A DNA stretch of 64,000 bases from a virus (IMGVR_UViG_3300010371_000002:29961-93960), one strand, 5' to 3'; counted from the stretch's first letter, positions 28,615-37,664 are shown. A program made the numbers and translations. Notes: a model not told the origin generated them from the sequence alone.

Positions 28615-28815
28615 CTACCAGACTTCGAACAGTGGCTCTCCGGGAAGCACGTATCCCCGTTCAATCCGCGCTTTGGTAAGTCTCTGCTGCCTGTTCGCAA
28701 AACCCTGGATACGCTTGATGACGGATTGCTCCATCAAACATCGCCGGGTAACCTGGGAATCACGGGAATCAGGGGTTTCGTCCGGCTCATCCGCGATTAT
28801 CACTTCATCGTCCAT
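28615..28815 (-). CDS. Hypothetical protein
   Basis: Small in-operon ORF. Confidence 0.4.
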   Translation of the reverse strand: MDDEVIIADEPDETPDSRDSQVTRRCLMEQSVIKRIQGFANRQQRLTKARIERGYVLPGEPLFEVW

Positions 28816-28821
28816 CGGAGA

Positions 28822-29070
28822 CTATCTCTCGCGTTGTTGGGATGCTGTAGCGAACGCTCTGGCGTGCTTGCAATAGCGGCAAGGACAATCCTGAAGCAGT
28901 GTGCAGGCTCGGGGTTCTTCCCGTCGCTCCTGCATCTCCGCCTCAAGGTCTTCGCGATTGTCGTACTGGCGCGATATCTGGCGCTGACGGTCGCGGAGGT
29001 TCTTGATGTGTCTCGGATACCCGTTGCCCATGGTCTGCCTCTGCAATTCCGGCTTACCCGCCTCATCCAA
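28822..29070 (-). CDS. Hypothetical protein
   Basis: Overlaps stop of RyR gene; CPCRYC. Confidence 0.45.
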   Translation of the reverse strand: MDEAGKPELQRQTMGNGYPRHIKNLRDRQRQISRQYDNREDLEAEMQERREEPRACTLLQDCPCRYCKHARAFATASQQRER

Positions 29071-29413
29071 TCAGCGGGACTAGGGACTTGACGACGGCGC
29101 GGAACAGGTAGTCCTTGGTTCGCTGGAACTCGGGGAGCGCATCGTAAGACACAAGGCAGGGATGCCTCTTTGCGTCCGCATCCTTCACGGTTCCGTACCG
29201 CCAGCCGTTCGCAATCTTGTCGGCTGTCCAGGCATCATGCTGGTCGGCGGGCGTGAGGTCCGGGTTGTCGATGGCGAACTGAACACCCTTGATGGCGGAA
29301 TCGCGTTGCCACTGGTCGGCTTCCTCCCAGGATTTCTGGGTATCGTCGCCCGTGGCGCTGCAATAGGCCCGGTTCACTTCATGCGCGGTCTTCGCGATGT
29401 CTTCGATGGTCAT
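29063..29413 (-). CDS. RyR-domain protein
   Basis: IAK.AHE.NRAY...W...QRDS...QHDAW...K...GWRYG.VKD...KRHPCLVSYDALPE.QRTKD. Confidence 0.85.
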   Translation of the reverse strand: MTIEDIAKTAHEVNRAYCSATGDDTQKSWEEADQWQRDSAIKGVQFAIDNPDLTPADQHDAWTADKIANGWRYGTVKDADAKRHPCLVSYDALPEFQRTKDYLFRAVVKSLVPLIG

Positions 29414-30122
29414 TGACGGTCGGTATCCTTTGAGGATGGATTTTCATTGCTGACCGTGGCGTTTGATGTACTCTTTGGTTTGCCTGTTAGCGTCGGTGAC
29501 GATCAGCAGCCACAACAGAAACGCGCATATGAGGGTGATGGCGACGATAATGCCCCAGACCACGAGCGCACCCTGCATAAAGCCAGTCGTGGGGTGTACA
29601 GCATGCATCTCGGTACCTCAAGGAACTCTCATCTCCAACCGAGGCGCGGGAATAATTGCCGCCAACGCCGCCGTATCCGCTCAATCATCGGATTTACTCC
29701 TATGACGCTCCAAGAAAATTCCGTCGATCTTGTACTGCGCCCACAAGCCGAGCATAATCCCGGCGCAGAAAACATCGAACAGGAGAAATGTGACGTTTGG
29801 ATCGTGCAGCGCGATTATCCAGTGGGGTGTCATATCGCTCTCCTGGCGTGTCGTTTTTCACGTCGTCGCTGCCGATACCGTCCCGCCCACTGTCCGCGAT
29901 CCCTGGCACTCGCCGTCATGACACAAACTCTCGTGCGGAACAATCCAGCAGACCGCTTCCAATCCTGCGATCGGTCACAAATACGCGGCTTTCGAGGCTT
30001 GGAGGCATCTTCTTTAGTCGTCTCTCGCACGTCCACAGGAAACGCAATAGTACAGTTGCCCAGCCGGTAGACAATGGACGGCGTGACGATCTCGCAGCGG
30101 TGAGCATAGAAGATTGGGGCCA

Positions 30123-30395
30123 TCAAGCAGCAGCCTCCTCGCAAGCTTCGAGGTATTCATCAATGGTTTCGTCGTCACAATCCTTCGGCTTCACTGGAAA
30201 CACATAATCCAGCAGAAACCGCACTTCCCGAACAGGCTTGTGACACTCGGCCACCGGGGAGTTCTCCGCGATCCATGAATCCGGCAGGTTGCTGCAGACG
30301 ACTTCAGAGCTCATCACATTCCTCCACACCCTGGCAACAGAGAGCCATCGCACCACCAGCCGCACACGACACCACAGTAAATAGAACAACCCCAA
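30123..30395 (-). CDS. Hypothetical protein
   Basis: Small ORF; start uncertain. Confidence 0.35.
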   Translation of the reverse strand: MGLFYLLWCRVRLVVRWLSVARVWRNVMSSEVVCSNLPDSWIAENSPVAECHKPVREVRFLLDYVFPVKPKDCDDETIDEYLEACEEAAA

Positions 30396-30509
30396 GCATC
30401 ACAGGACTCAGGGCATCATCACCCAACACAGAAACCATCCAGACTGCACCACCAATAAAGATCGCATAAAGGAGTGCGTACATGGAGATGACCAGAACTT
30501 ATCTTTTGA

Positions 30510-30613
30510 TCGTCTCCGGCGCGGGGGTGGTGTGCTGAGTGGCGGTCTCGCGGAACATCACGCGGGAACTCAGCAGGGCCTGTACCGGGCCAAGGGTCAC
30601 ACGCCGGAGACGA
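30510..30613. ncRNA. Candidate structured RNA (three-way junction)
   Basis: Closing stem TCGTCTCCGGCG/CGCCGGAGACGA; inner stems TGCTGAGT/ACTCAGCA, TCTCGCG/CGCGGGA and GGCCTG/CGGGCC. Confidence 0.45.
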
Positions 30614-30676
30614 AGTGTTAAAGGTGAGGGCGAGCGCCATTCCGAACGGCGGCTGAAAAGGCGGCGCGAGAAGCTT

Positions 30677-30943
30677 TCATGCGGTCCAGTACGCTTCGGA
30701 CAGCCCTTCGGTTTCGGCGGCCAGATCGAAGAGCGAGCCTTGCCGCGTCATCCTCCCAGTGCGCTCCTGGGGCGGCGCATAGCGTCTTGAGGTGCCGGTG
30801 TCCACAACCGAGACGCGGCCACAAAACCCCATGATGACAACGCGGGAACGGTCCTGCCAACCATGCACCACGGTTGCCGCGGCGAACTGATCCATCGCTG
30901 TTACAGGAGCGCCAGGGCTAAAAGTGTAGGTGATGGTCTTCAT
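30677..30943 (-). CDS. Hypothetical protein
   Basis: MKTITYTF start overlaps upstream stop. Confidence 0.45.
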   Translation of the reverse strand: MKTITYTFSPGAPVTAMDQFAAATVVHGWQDRSRVVIMGFCGRVSVVDTGTSRRYAPPQERTGRMTRQGSLFDLAAETEGLSEAYWTA

Positions 30944-31410
30944 GGGGTGCCCGCCGCAGCCTCGCGAGCATCGATACGGCTCCATGCCTCGCGGTACCGT
31001 TCAGTAGCATCAAACTCACTCTGGGCACGTGAAAGGGAATCCTTGGGGTGACGCTCATTCCCATAATTGGGGGTGATTTCAGCAAAAGGAATCCCTTGGG
31101 CGGCTTTGTTGCGCATGGTGTCGGTGAGCGGTCCCACGGGAGAGCGGGTGACGCCCAGGTTAAGGTCCGAGATTTCCAGGAGAGGAACAGGGTAGGAAGA
31201 TCGTTCCGATTTGGGCCGGGTTTCGGCATGGGCGATGCGGTGAAGGTCACGTGCGTTCCGAGCCGCATTCATCGCGGCGTACTCGCGAACTCTCTCGCCC
31301 GCCATCTTGAGCGCACGGCTGGCGGTCTTGGCGTCGCAGTTCATCTCAAAGGCGGCTTCCCGCTTGCTCAATCCTTGCCGGTAGCATTCATCCCACGTCA
31401 GCATAAACAT
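30940..31410 (-). CDS. HTH protein, possible late-gene regulator (sigma70 region 4-like N-terminus)
   Basis: QGLSKREAAFEMNCDAKTASRAL; lies upstream of packaging genes. Confidence 0.55.
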   Translation of the reverse strand: MFMLTWDECYRQGLSKREAAFEMNCDAKTASRALKMAGERVREYAAMNAARNARDLHRIAHAETRPKSERSSYPVPLLEISDLNLGVTRSPVGPLTDTMRNKAAQGIPFAEITPNYGNERHPKDSLSRAQSEFDATERYREAWSRIDAREAAAGTP

Positions 31411-31553
31411 CTCCAAGGCAGCACGCTTACACATAAGAAAAACCACGGACACGCAGGGCATTGGAGCGCCTTTTGGTGTTCGTGGTTTTTACGGGAGTTG
31501 GCGCATTGAGCGCGAGGCTTGGTCCCCCGGAGCCTCCAATCTAGATTCGAATT

Positions 31554-32063
31554 TTACTTACGATAGTCTGTGTCATCTACACCTTTGGACGAATTGCACG
31601 ACCGGCATAACGGCTGAATGTTTTCAATGTTGTTCAAGCCGCCCTTGGACACCGGAATGATATGATCAACTGTCAAGGGTTCATCAGATCCGCACCGCGC
31701 ACAGCGGTTATCGTGCCTATCACAGAGCGCCTGCCATTCTTCTGGCGTATATGGACGGGGCGTGAAACCCAAATGCGTGCGTCTCTCATGATGCCGGATG
31801 CGCGCTTCCTCACGAGAAACTACATCAACTCGGGTTTCGTCAATCTTGCGGGTTCTCGTGAGATTCCTGGCTTGCAGAGACAGAAACCTTGCTGACTTGG
31901 CTTCGGCCGCCGCCATTCTCTCTTTGGATGCTGCTATTCGCGCCTCATCAATTTCTTTGAGTTCTTTTAGGCGCTTCGCAGCGGTACCCTTTGAACAATT
32001 CATCTCAATGGCGGCTTCAGCGAAACCCAATCCTTCATCATAACAACCTTGCCATGTCATCAT
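31554..32063 (-). CDS. HTH-HNH endonuclease
   Basis: CARC...TVDHIIPVSKGGLNNIENIQPLCRSCNSSK; N-terminus paralogous to neighbouring HTH gene. Confidence 0.9.
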   Translation of the reverse strand: MMTWQGCYDEGLGFAEAAIEMNCSKGTAAKRLKELKEIDEARIAASKERMAAAEAKSARFLSLQARNLTRTRKIDETRVDVVSREEARIRHHERRTHLGFTPRPYTPEEWQALCDRHDNRCARCGSDEPLTVDHIIPVSKGGLNNIENIQPLCRSCNSSKGVDDTDYRK

Positions 32064-32079
32064 TTCAAGCCACCACACA

Positions 32080-32106
32080 ACACACGTATCGGGTCGATAC
32101 GTGTGT
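32080..32106. repeat. Perfect 12-bp inverted repeat upstream of HNH gene
   Basis: ACACACGTATCG-GGT-CGATACGTGTGT. Confidence 0.85.
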
Positions 32107-32363
32107 ACAAACTGAAGATCTAGAGGGCCGGGCTGATCCTATTTACAGGACTATTCGAAATCGCCCCGGTTCGGAAATTGCCGACCCCTTCGTGTTAGAC
32201 CACCTGCACACCATCAAATCTTGTCATACAAGCCCGCGCTCCAATTTCCAGGTGAAGCGCGGGTATTGCCTGGTTGAATAAATTTTACTGCATCCCTGGT
32301 TGGATGTAAATCATTATGGTCATCACGCTATACGCAATTTACGGATAAGGCCGGTTGCTCGGT

Positions 32364-32600
32364 TTATCGCTGCCGTTTTCGGTGCCTGCGCCTTACACCG
32401 CCCAGGTTCTCTCTGTCGGTGGAGCGGAACACCTGGACAATATCGTCTGACAGGCCCGTTAAGCGCGCAACCTCGGCATCGCTGATATGCGGCCATCGTG
32501 CGTCGGTTGATCGCAGATAATCCAGCCATTCCCGGATCACGGTCGGAGGATCGCGATACTGACCCGGCATACCCTCCCCATGCTGCTGATTTGCTTCCAT
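32364..32600 (-). CDS. Small HTH-like protein
   Basis: ISDAEVARLTGLSDDIV; SD GGAGAG upstream. Confidence 0.5.
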   Translation of the reverse strand: MEANQQHGEGMPGQYRDPPTVIREWLDYLRSTDARWPHISDAEVARLTGLSDDIVQVFRSTDRENLGGVRRRHRKRQR

Positions 32601-32602
32601 CC

Positions 32603-33244
32603 CTACTCTCCCTTAAGCCTATCGGTGTCGATCACGGCCCATCCGCAGGCAACGTTATAGACCCACGTGCCCCCAACAAGCGCCTTCCCCGCCGCCTCAT
32701 GCACATGCCCGCATATCACCAATTTCGGCTTGATCTCATGGATCTTATCAAGTAACGCCTGACTGCCAATATGTGATCCATCGGCCGCCATATCCAGCAC
32801 CCCAAAGGGAGGACAATGAGAAACAATCACATCCGTACCCAATGGTATTCTTTCGAAGGCAGCTTGTTCGACTTCGGGGCGCGTGGTCATGTCCCGCCAC
32901 ATCGATGCGATCTGAGGCATGTTATAACAAGGCGACATATTGACCCCATAGAATGACGGCCAGCCCTCGCGCGGACGGGATGCCATCTGGTCAATACTCT
33001 TTGCTCCCGTCCAAGGGAATGAAAGCGGGTGCAGGCCGAAATCATGGTTGCCAGGTATCCAGAGAACAGGGGTGGATAGCCCCAACTGCTGCATCCACCA
33101 CGTAGCCCGTTCTATTTCCCATGGACGCCTGCACCCCAATTCGGTGATGTCTCCTGCGATTACGATCACATCAGCGGCGGGAAGTTTTGCTGGGTCGAAC
33201 TTTTCGAACCGGCTATGAATATCACTCATGGCGAGTATTCTCAT
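32603..33244 (-). CDS. Calcineurin-like metallophosphoesterase
   Basis: SDIH, AGDIT, PGNHD, SHCPP, CGHVHE motifs. Confidence 0.92.
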   Translation of the reverse strand: MRILAMSDIHSRFEKFDPAKLPAADVIVIAGDITELGCRRPWEIERATWWMQQLGLSTPVLWIPGNHDFGLHPLSFPWTGAKSIDQMASRPREGWPSFYGVNMSPCYNMPQIASMWRDMTTRPEVEQAAFERIPLGTDVIVSHCPPFGVLDMAADGSHIGSQALLDKIHEIKPKLVICGHVHEAAGKALVGGTWVYNVACGWAVIDTDRLKGE

Positions 33245-33245
33245 A

Positions 33246-34495
33246 ATTTCACAGTAAACTCTTCGGCATGGAAGCCCGTTCGCTTCAGCGCCCGGAGGAA
33301 TGCCGTCCTTTCCTTCTTGTATTGAGTATTTCTTGTTTTAATTCTACTCTGAATAGGGTATAATTCAGTGTACATGAAGCAAGTAATCGTCCTGAAATTG
33401 GAACCATCGCCCGAGCAGTATAAATCGCTCCTGGAAACGATGGAGGCTTTCAATATTGGCTGCCAGTATGTTGCCGATGTTGCCTATGAGAAGCGTCTTG
33501 CGAACAAGATCGCGCTCCAAAAGATCGTGTACGGCGAGCTTCGCGGCACCTATGGCCTTTCGTCTCAAATGGCGATCCGAGCGATTGCGAAAGCCTGTGA
33601 AGCCTACAAGCGTGACCGGCGCATTCACGTTCAGTTCGACCTCTACGGCGCGATGGTCTACGATCAGCGCATTATGAGCTTTAAGGGGCTGACACACGTT
33701 TCGCTGCTGTGCTTGGCCGGACGAGAGATTGTCCCGATACGGTATGGCGCTTATCAGTCCGCAAGGATCGATAGAGCCAAAGGACAGGCCGACCTCATTT
33801 ATCGCGACGGCGTTTTCTGGCTTTGTGTGACTATCGATCTGCCCACGTCGCCGCCAATAGACCCGACTGGCGTTATTGGTGTTGACCTTGGAGTTATCAA
33901 TCTCGCGGTCGATAGTGACGGGGAAATGCACTCGGGCGATTCCGTCAAACAATGTCGCCGACGGTTTCAGAAACTTCGTGCTGGGCTTCAGTCGTGCGGT
34001 ACGAAGTCGGCCAAGCGACACCTGAAGCGTATCCGGCAAAAGGAGTCTCGTTATCAGCGATGGGTCAACCATAATATTTCGAAGCATCTTGTGAGCAAGG
34101 CATTCGTTGAGCAAAAGGCACTCGCGATCGAAGACCTGAAAGGCATTCGCGACCGAGTAACGGTACGGAAGACTCACCGCTACGAGCGGATCTCCTGGGC
34201 ATTCAATCAGATGCGCCAGTTTCTCACCTACAAGTGCGAGGCTGCCGGTATTCCACTGATTGTTGTCGATCCGCGCAACACCAGCAGGATTTGTCCTGCG
34301 TGCGGTCATTGCGCCAAAGAGAACCGCCGCAGCCAAAGCGAATTCCTTTGCGTAGAATGTGGCCTGGAAATGAACGCCGACCTTGTGGGGGCGATCAATA
34401 TCCAGGCACGGGGCATTGTAACTTGCCCTATGGTCTCGATTACAGCAATGTAATTAGGGACAAACCTCCCTGGCTTTAGCCGGGAGATCAGTTAC
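33246..34495 (+). mobile_element. IS200/IS605-family (IS1341-like) TnpB-only element; left boundary approximate
   Basis: Left-end-like GGCATGGAAGCCCG...CTTCAG...GGAGGAATGCC; right-end hairpin CTCCCTGGCT-TT-AGCCGGGAG then TTAC; no tnpA; opposite orientation to flanking genes. Confidence 0.8.
33368..34453 (+). CDS. tnpB: RNA-guided endonuclease TnpB
   Basis: RuvC D (GVDLG), E (IEDL), D (NADLVGAINI); TSRICPACG...CVECG zinc finger. Confidence 0.95.
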   Translation: MYMKQVIVLKLEPSPEQYKSLLETMEAFNIGCQYVADVAYEKRLANKIALQKIVYGELRGTYGLSSQMAIRAIAKACEAYKRDRRIHVQFDLYGAMVYDQRIMSFKGLTHVSLLCLAGREIVPIRYGAYQSARIDRAKGQADLIYRDGVFWLCVTIDLPTSPPIDPTGVIGVDLGVINLAVDSDGEMHSGDSVKQCRRRFQKLRAGLQSCGTKSAKRHLKRIRQKESRYQRWVNHNISKHLVSKAFVEQKALAIEDLKGIRDRVTVRKTHRYERISWAFNQMRQFLTYKCEAAGIPLIVVDPRNTSRICPACGHCAKENRRSQSEFLCVECGLEMNADLVGAINIQARGIVTCPMVSITAM

Positions 34496-34883
34496 TACGA
34501 ATATCTTCAATGGCCTTTTGCTGCGTGCTGACCACTCCCTGAAGGCGCTCCACTTCCGCAAGCAAGTCCGTCACATCCTGCCGGGAATGAGCGATGAATG
34601 AAGCGTCCGGCAGCAAAGCGTGATTCATGTCCCGCTTCCACCACTCACTGAAAGACCGCATGATACCGCCACGGTCATTCTTGGTTCGTTCAGCGAATCG
34701 GGGTTCGGCACCGTGCATACCCCGACGCACGAAGTCCATGATACAGAGCAGTCCAGAGTGAGGCGCGGTCAACTGAGGATCTTCTTTGCCGCCATAATAT
34801 CGCCATTGCCATGGACCGGGTGTTGCGGCCGCATCACGTGCCTTGATTTCGTCAATTCTCTCTTGGGTCAACATTTCAGACAC
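34488..34883 (-). CDS. Hypothetical (Ead/Ea22-like) protein; C-terminus altered by IS
   Basis: AATPGPW...DASFIAHSRQDVTDLLAEVERL; stop codon lies inside IS right end. Confidence 0.65.
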   Translation of the reverse strand: MSEMLTQERIDEIKARDAAATPGPWQWRYYGGKEDPQLTAPHSGLLCIMDFVRRGMHGAEPRFAERTKNDRGGIMRSFSEWWKRDMNHALLPDASFIAHSRQDVTDLLAEVERLQGVVSTQQKAIEDIRSN

Positions 34884-35313
34884 ACTCCTGAATCAGGGGA
34901 CCACTGGAAACCCACGAGGAAGCGATTTTCAGCGCTTCGGGCCATGTTTCGGCAAACTGGACCATCGGCAGGCAGTGGAAGACATTCTCACGATGGCCCA
35001 CGACTATGCAGGTCATGTTCCAAGCCATTGCCGCACCGAACTCGACATGCCGGCCGCCGCGACTATTGCCGCTCCGTGGCGGCTCCGTGAACGAGATGCA
35101 GTAATCGGCCTCGAAAAGGTCGTCCCAGTCCTCAACGGCGAACCGCTCCCGTTCCTCGGCCAAACCCTCTTCGCTCAGTCCCTTGTCATCGACCTGATGG
35201 TTGCCATTGAGCCATCGGCTTGTCACGGTGAACCCGAGTGCCTCCAGTTCCTTGCGGTATCCGCATAATTCCTCACGGCGGCTATATCGAGCCGCTAGAT
35301 AAACTTTTGCCAA
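34876..35313 (-). CDS. Nucleoside 2-deoxyribosyltransferase-like protein
   Basis: KVYLA...D..DL.EAD...GGRHVEFGAA...IVVG..ENVFH. Confidence 0.75.
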   Translation of the reverse strand: MAKVYLAARYSRREELCGYRKELEALGFTVTSRWLNGNHQVDDKGLSEEGLAEERERFAVEDWDDLFEADYCISFTEPPRSGNSRGGRHVEFGAAMAWNMTCIVVGHRENVFHCLPMVQFAETWPEALKIASSWVSSGPLIQECV

Positions 35314-35334
35314 TGTGATTTCTCCTATCGCGAT

Positions 35335-35535
35335 CTATTTCCAGTCGTTTAAATCGAAAGTCGTTTGTCGTGGCGTCTCGGCCATAACCGGCATCACCCC
35401 TGTGATGGCCTCGAACCCCAGCGCCCTATCCTGTGTGACCACGCCCTGTCCGTCACACAACAGGCATGGGAGTTGTCCACATGGTGCGAGGCTGTTGCTG
35501 ATGGTTTTGCGGCCACCACAGGCAGGACAGATCAT
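35335..35535 (-). CDS. Small zinc-finger protein
   Basis: CPACGG...CLLCDGQG. Confidence 0.5.
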   Translation of the reverse strand: MICPACGGRKTISNSLAPCGQLPCLLCDGQGVVTQDRALGFEAITGVMPVMAETPRQTTFDLNDWK

Positions 35536-35969
35536 TGCTTTTCGAGTTCCGTAACCTCATCCTCAATGGCCGTAATGGCGGCATTTAGGGATTGCCGCAC
35601 ACCGTTGCCGATAGCCATGTAGACGATCTGCTGAATCGCCACATATCGCTTCTCCGTAAGCGTCCACGCCTCTGCAATCTCATTCAGCTCAATGATCGGG
35701 CATTCCAGAACGCGCGCTCCACGGTCATTGTTGGCCCGGTTCAGGTACCAGAGTGCCTTTTTGAGATCTTCGATGGTCGCCTCGGTTTTCGTCTTGCCCT
35801 GCGGCACCTTCTCACCGGCGCGGGCGATGTATTTGATCGCGTTACCGATACAGAACCCCCATCCGAGTCCCATATCCTCGATCACATCAATGACTTCGAT
35901 CCCGCTTTCGGCCCGGTAATGAGAAGGGTGGTCAATGGCCTCCGGTTTAACTTTGGTTTCAGGCTGCAT
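35532..35969 (-). CDS. DUF3310-like protein
   Basis: IDHPSHY...IEVIDVI...FCIGNAIKYIARAGEK...EDLKKALWYL. Confidence 0.85.
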   Translation of the reverse strand: MQPETKVKPEAIDHPSHYRAESGIEVIDVIEDMGLGWGFCIGNAIKYIARAGEKVPQGKTKTEATIEDLKKALWYLNRANNDRGARVLECPIIELNEIAEAWTLTEKRYVAIQQIVYMAIGNGVRQSLNAAITAIEDEVTELEKQ

Positions 35970-36822
35970 GGTTGGCCTCCTGCGCAGGCTTGTAACTGCG
36001 CATCTCCTCTTTGAAATCCTTGCGGAACTGGGCGAACCCGACGAAGTTGCCCGATTGAATCGGCATCGAGAGTGCTTTTGCCGCGTGCTCGAATGGACTC
36101 CAATGCCCGCCGGTCGTCAGCCGCCGGAACAAACTCAAATCCCCGGATGGGTCGCGCTTGCCATCGTGCGTCAAATAGCTCACCCGAGCACACCGGGCCA
36201 CCGATATCTCTCTGATACGCTCGGCTGGCGCACGGCCTTCGAACTCGCGATATGCCCACTCGATGTCCAACGCCTCAATGTAGGGCAAATGCCATTGTCC
36301 GGCCTCAAGACGCCTCGGAGTGGCAGAGAAATACAGATCGCGCATCATCTCGGCGATCACGCGGATTTCCGGCTGGGCGAGCGGGTCGCATCGCTGGGCG
36401 AAGAAATTGCCGTAGTCCGTCGCGGAAACGATGGCCGTGTGCCACAGGAACGGCTCCAGGAGGCGGTTCGCGATCTGCTTGTGGACATGGTGATTCAGCA
36501 TGCATTCTGCGCACTCCACCGCACGGTCCCGAGCCGTGAGCCAATCTTCCTTCGCCAGCGCCATGTCTGCTTCGTCAAGCTCTTCTGCTGCTTGCATACC
36601 GCCCTGGTTCTTGCCCCACCAGACGGGCAGGAATGGATCGATCTTAACGCGCTCCAGCATCTTCGCCACCGGGATGGCCCGCGACGACGCGCTGTTGCGG
36701 CTGAAGAGGCGGTGCGTATTGAACTCTGCGAGCACGATTCGCGGGAATGTTATCTCGAACGTCGTCAGCCGATTTTCGGCCGGGTTGATGCTATCAGCGA
36801 TGATTTTTGCGGCGTATGCCAT
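35959..36822 (-). CDS. thyX: FAD-dependent thymidylate synthase
   Basis: EFNTHRLFSRNSASSRAIP (THR-X7-S variant), HKQIANRLLEPF, AQPEIR, HWSPFEH. Confidence 0.9.
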   Translation of the reverse strand: MAYAAKIIADSINPAENRLTTFEITFPRIVLAEFNTHRLFSRNSASSRAIPVAKMLERVKIDPFLPVWWGKNQGGMQAAEELDEADMALAKEDWLTARDRAVECAECMLNHHVHKQIANRLLEPFLWHTAIVSATDYGNFFAQRCDPLAQPEIRVIAEMMRDLYFSATPRRLEAGQWHLPYIEALDIEWAYREFEGRAPAERIREISVARCARVSYLTHDGKRDPSGDLSLFRRLTTGGHWSPFEHAAKALSMPIQSGNFVGFAQFRKDFKEEMRSYKPAQEANHAA

Positions 36823-36887
36823 GGTTTAATTGGTTCCTTATCGGTATTTATTGGTCTTATTTCGGTTTCCCGGTGTCAGAAAAGTGT

Positions 36888-37118
36888 CTATGGGTTTTCC
36901 ATGTCTGTCTTGCGTTTCACCGCAGTCCACGGATATCCCAAGGTCGTGGTCTCAACCTCTGGATCACGACAAAGCCGGGTATAGAAATCCGCTGACCGGT
37001 CATTCGCGGTCGCCTCAAAACATGAGAACCGACCAACCTGCAACACGGTGCTACGGAAATTCTCGTAGGTCATCGAAGGTGTCACTGTAGGGCATTCGCC
37101 AAAACTATCCAGTCTCAT
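36888..37118 (-). CDS. Hypothetical protein
   Basis: Coupled ORF; RFSCFEAT...GYPW. Confidence 0.5.
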   Translation of the reverse strand: MRLDSFGECPTVTPSMTYENFRSTVLQVGRFSCFEATANDRSADFYTRLCRDPEVETTTLGYPWTAVKRKTDMENP

Positions 37119-37432
37119 AATGCAAGCTCCATTTCACTTTCCGTTCGCTGCTCTGCGCTGTATTTCCCCAGTGCGTCCAATGCTTCAAGTGGTTCACTCA
37201 GTACTTCGGGGATGTCTCGGAGAGATGCACCGATCACGAGGTCAGGATCGTAGTCTTCGCGGGCTGGAATGCTCATAACCCAGTCGCGGCGGCCGTGGCA
37301 CAGATCGGACACCATTTTATGAGCCGCATCGTTGCGGCGGAGAACATCTTCGAGTTGCAGTTCTTCGGCAGAAGTGGTGGTCAATTGGTGGCCTCTTTCG
37401 CGCACTCCTTTGCGATTGGGTAATGCCCCCAT
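37115..37432 (-). CDS. Hypothetical protein
   Basis: WVMSIPAREDYDPDLVI; start uncertain. Confidence 0.5.
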   Translation of the reverse strand: MGALPNRKGVRERGHQLTTTSAEELQLEDVLRRNDAAHKMVSDLCHGRRDWVMSIPAREDYDPDLVIGASLRDIPEVLSEPLEALDALGKYSAEQRTESEMELAL

Positions 37433-37650
37433 GAGCTGCCTTTTTGCCCAGGCTCATTGCTCCGCGTGCATTCGAGCGTGTGGTCGGTATGATGCGGACA
37501 ACGCTTGTTGCCGCAAAGCTCGCAGGCATAGCGGAATCCATGTCCAAGAAATCGGTCCTGCCATGGTGCATCTTTGGGCAAAGTATTCTGGCGGTGGGCA
37601 AAGCACCGCTCACAGCCGCATGTCTCGATAATTTGATACTCTGTCGTCAC
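37381..37650 (-). CDS. Cys-rich hypothetical protein
   Basis: CGCERC...CELCGNKRCPH...CT.SNEPGQKGS; SD GGAGG. Confidence 0.6.
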   Translation of the reverse strand: MTTEYQIIETCGCERCFAHRQNTLPKDAPWQDRFLGHGFRYACELCGNKRCPHHTDHTLECTRSNEPGQKGSSWGHYPIAKECAKEATN

Positions 37651-37664
37651 TTCGTGCCGCCCTC

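Noticed and set aside
33365-34336. 323-aa minus-strand ORF
   Set aside because: Antisense shadow of tnpB.
33368-34453. Cas12f/type V CRISPR effector
   Set aside because: No repeat-spacer array or cas genes nearby; IS605-type end hairpins are present.
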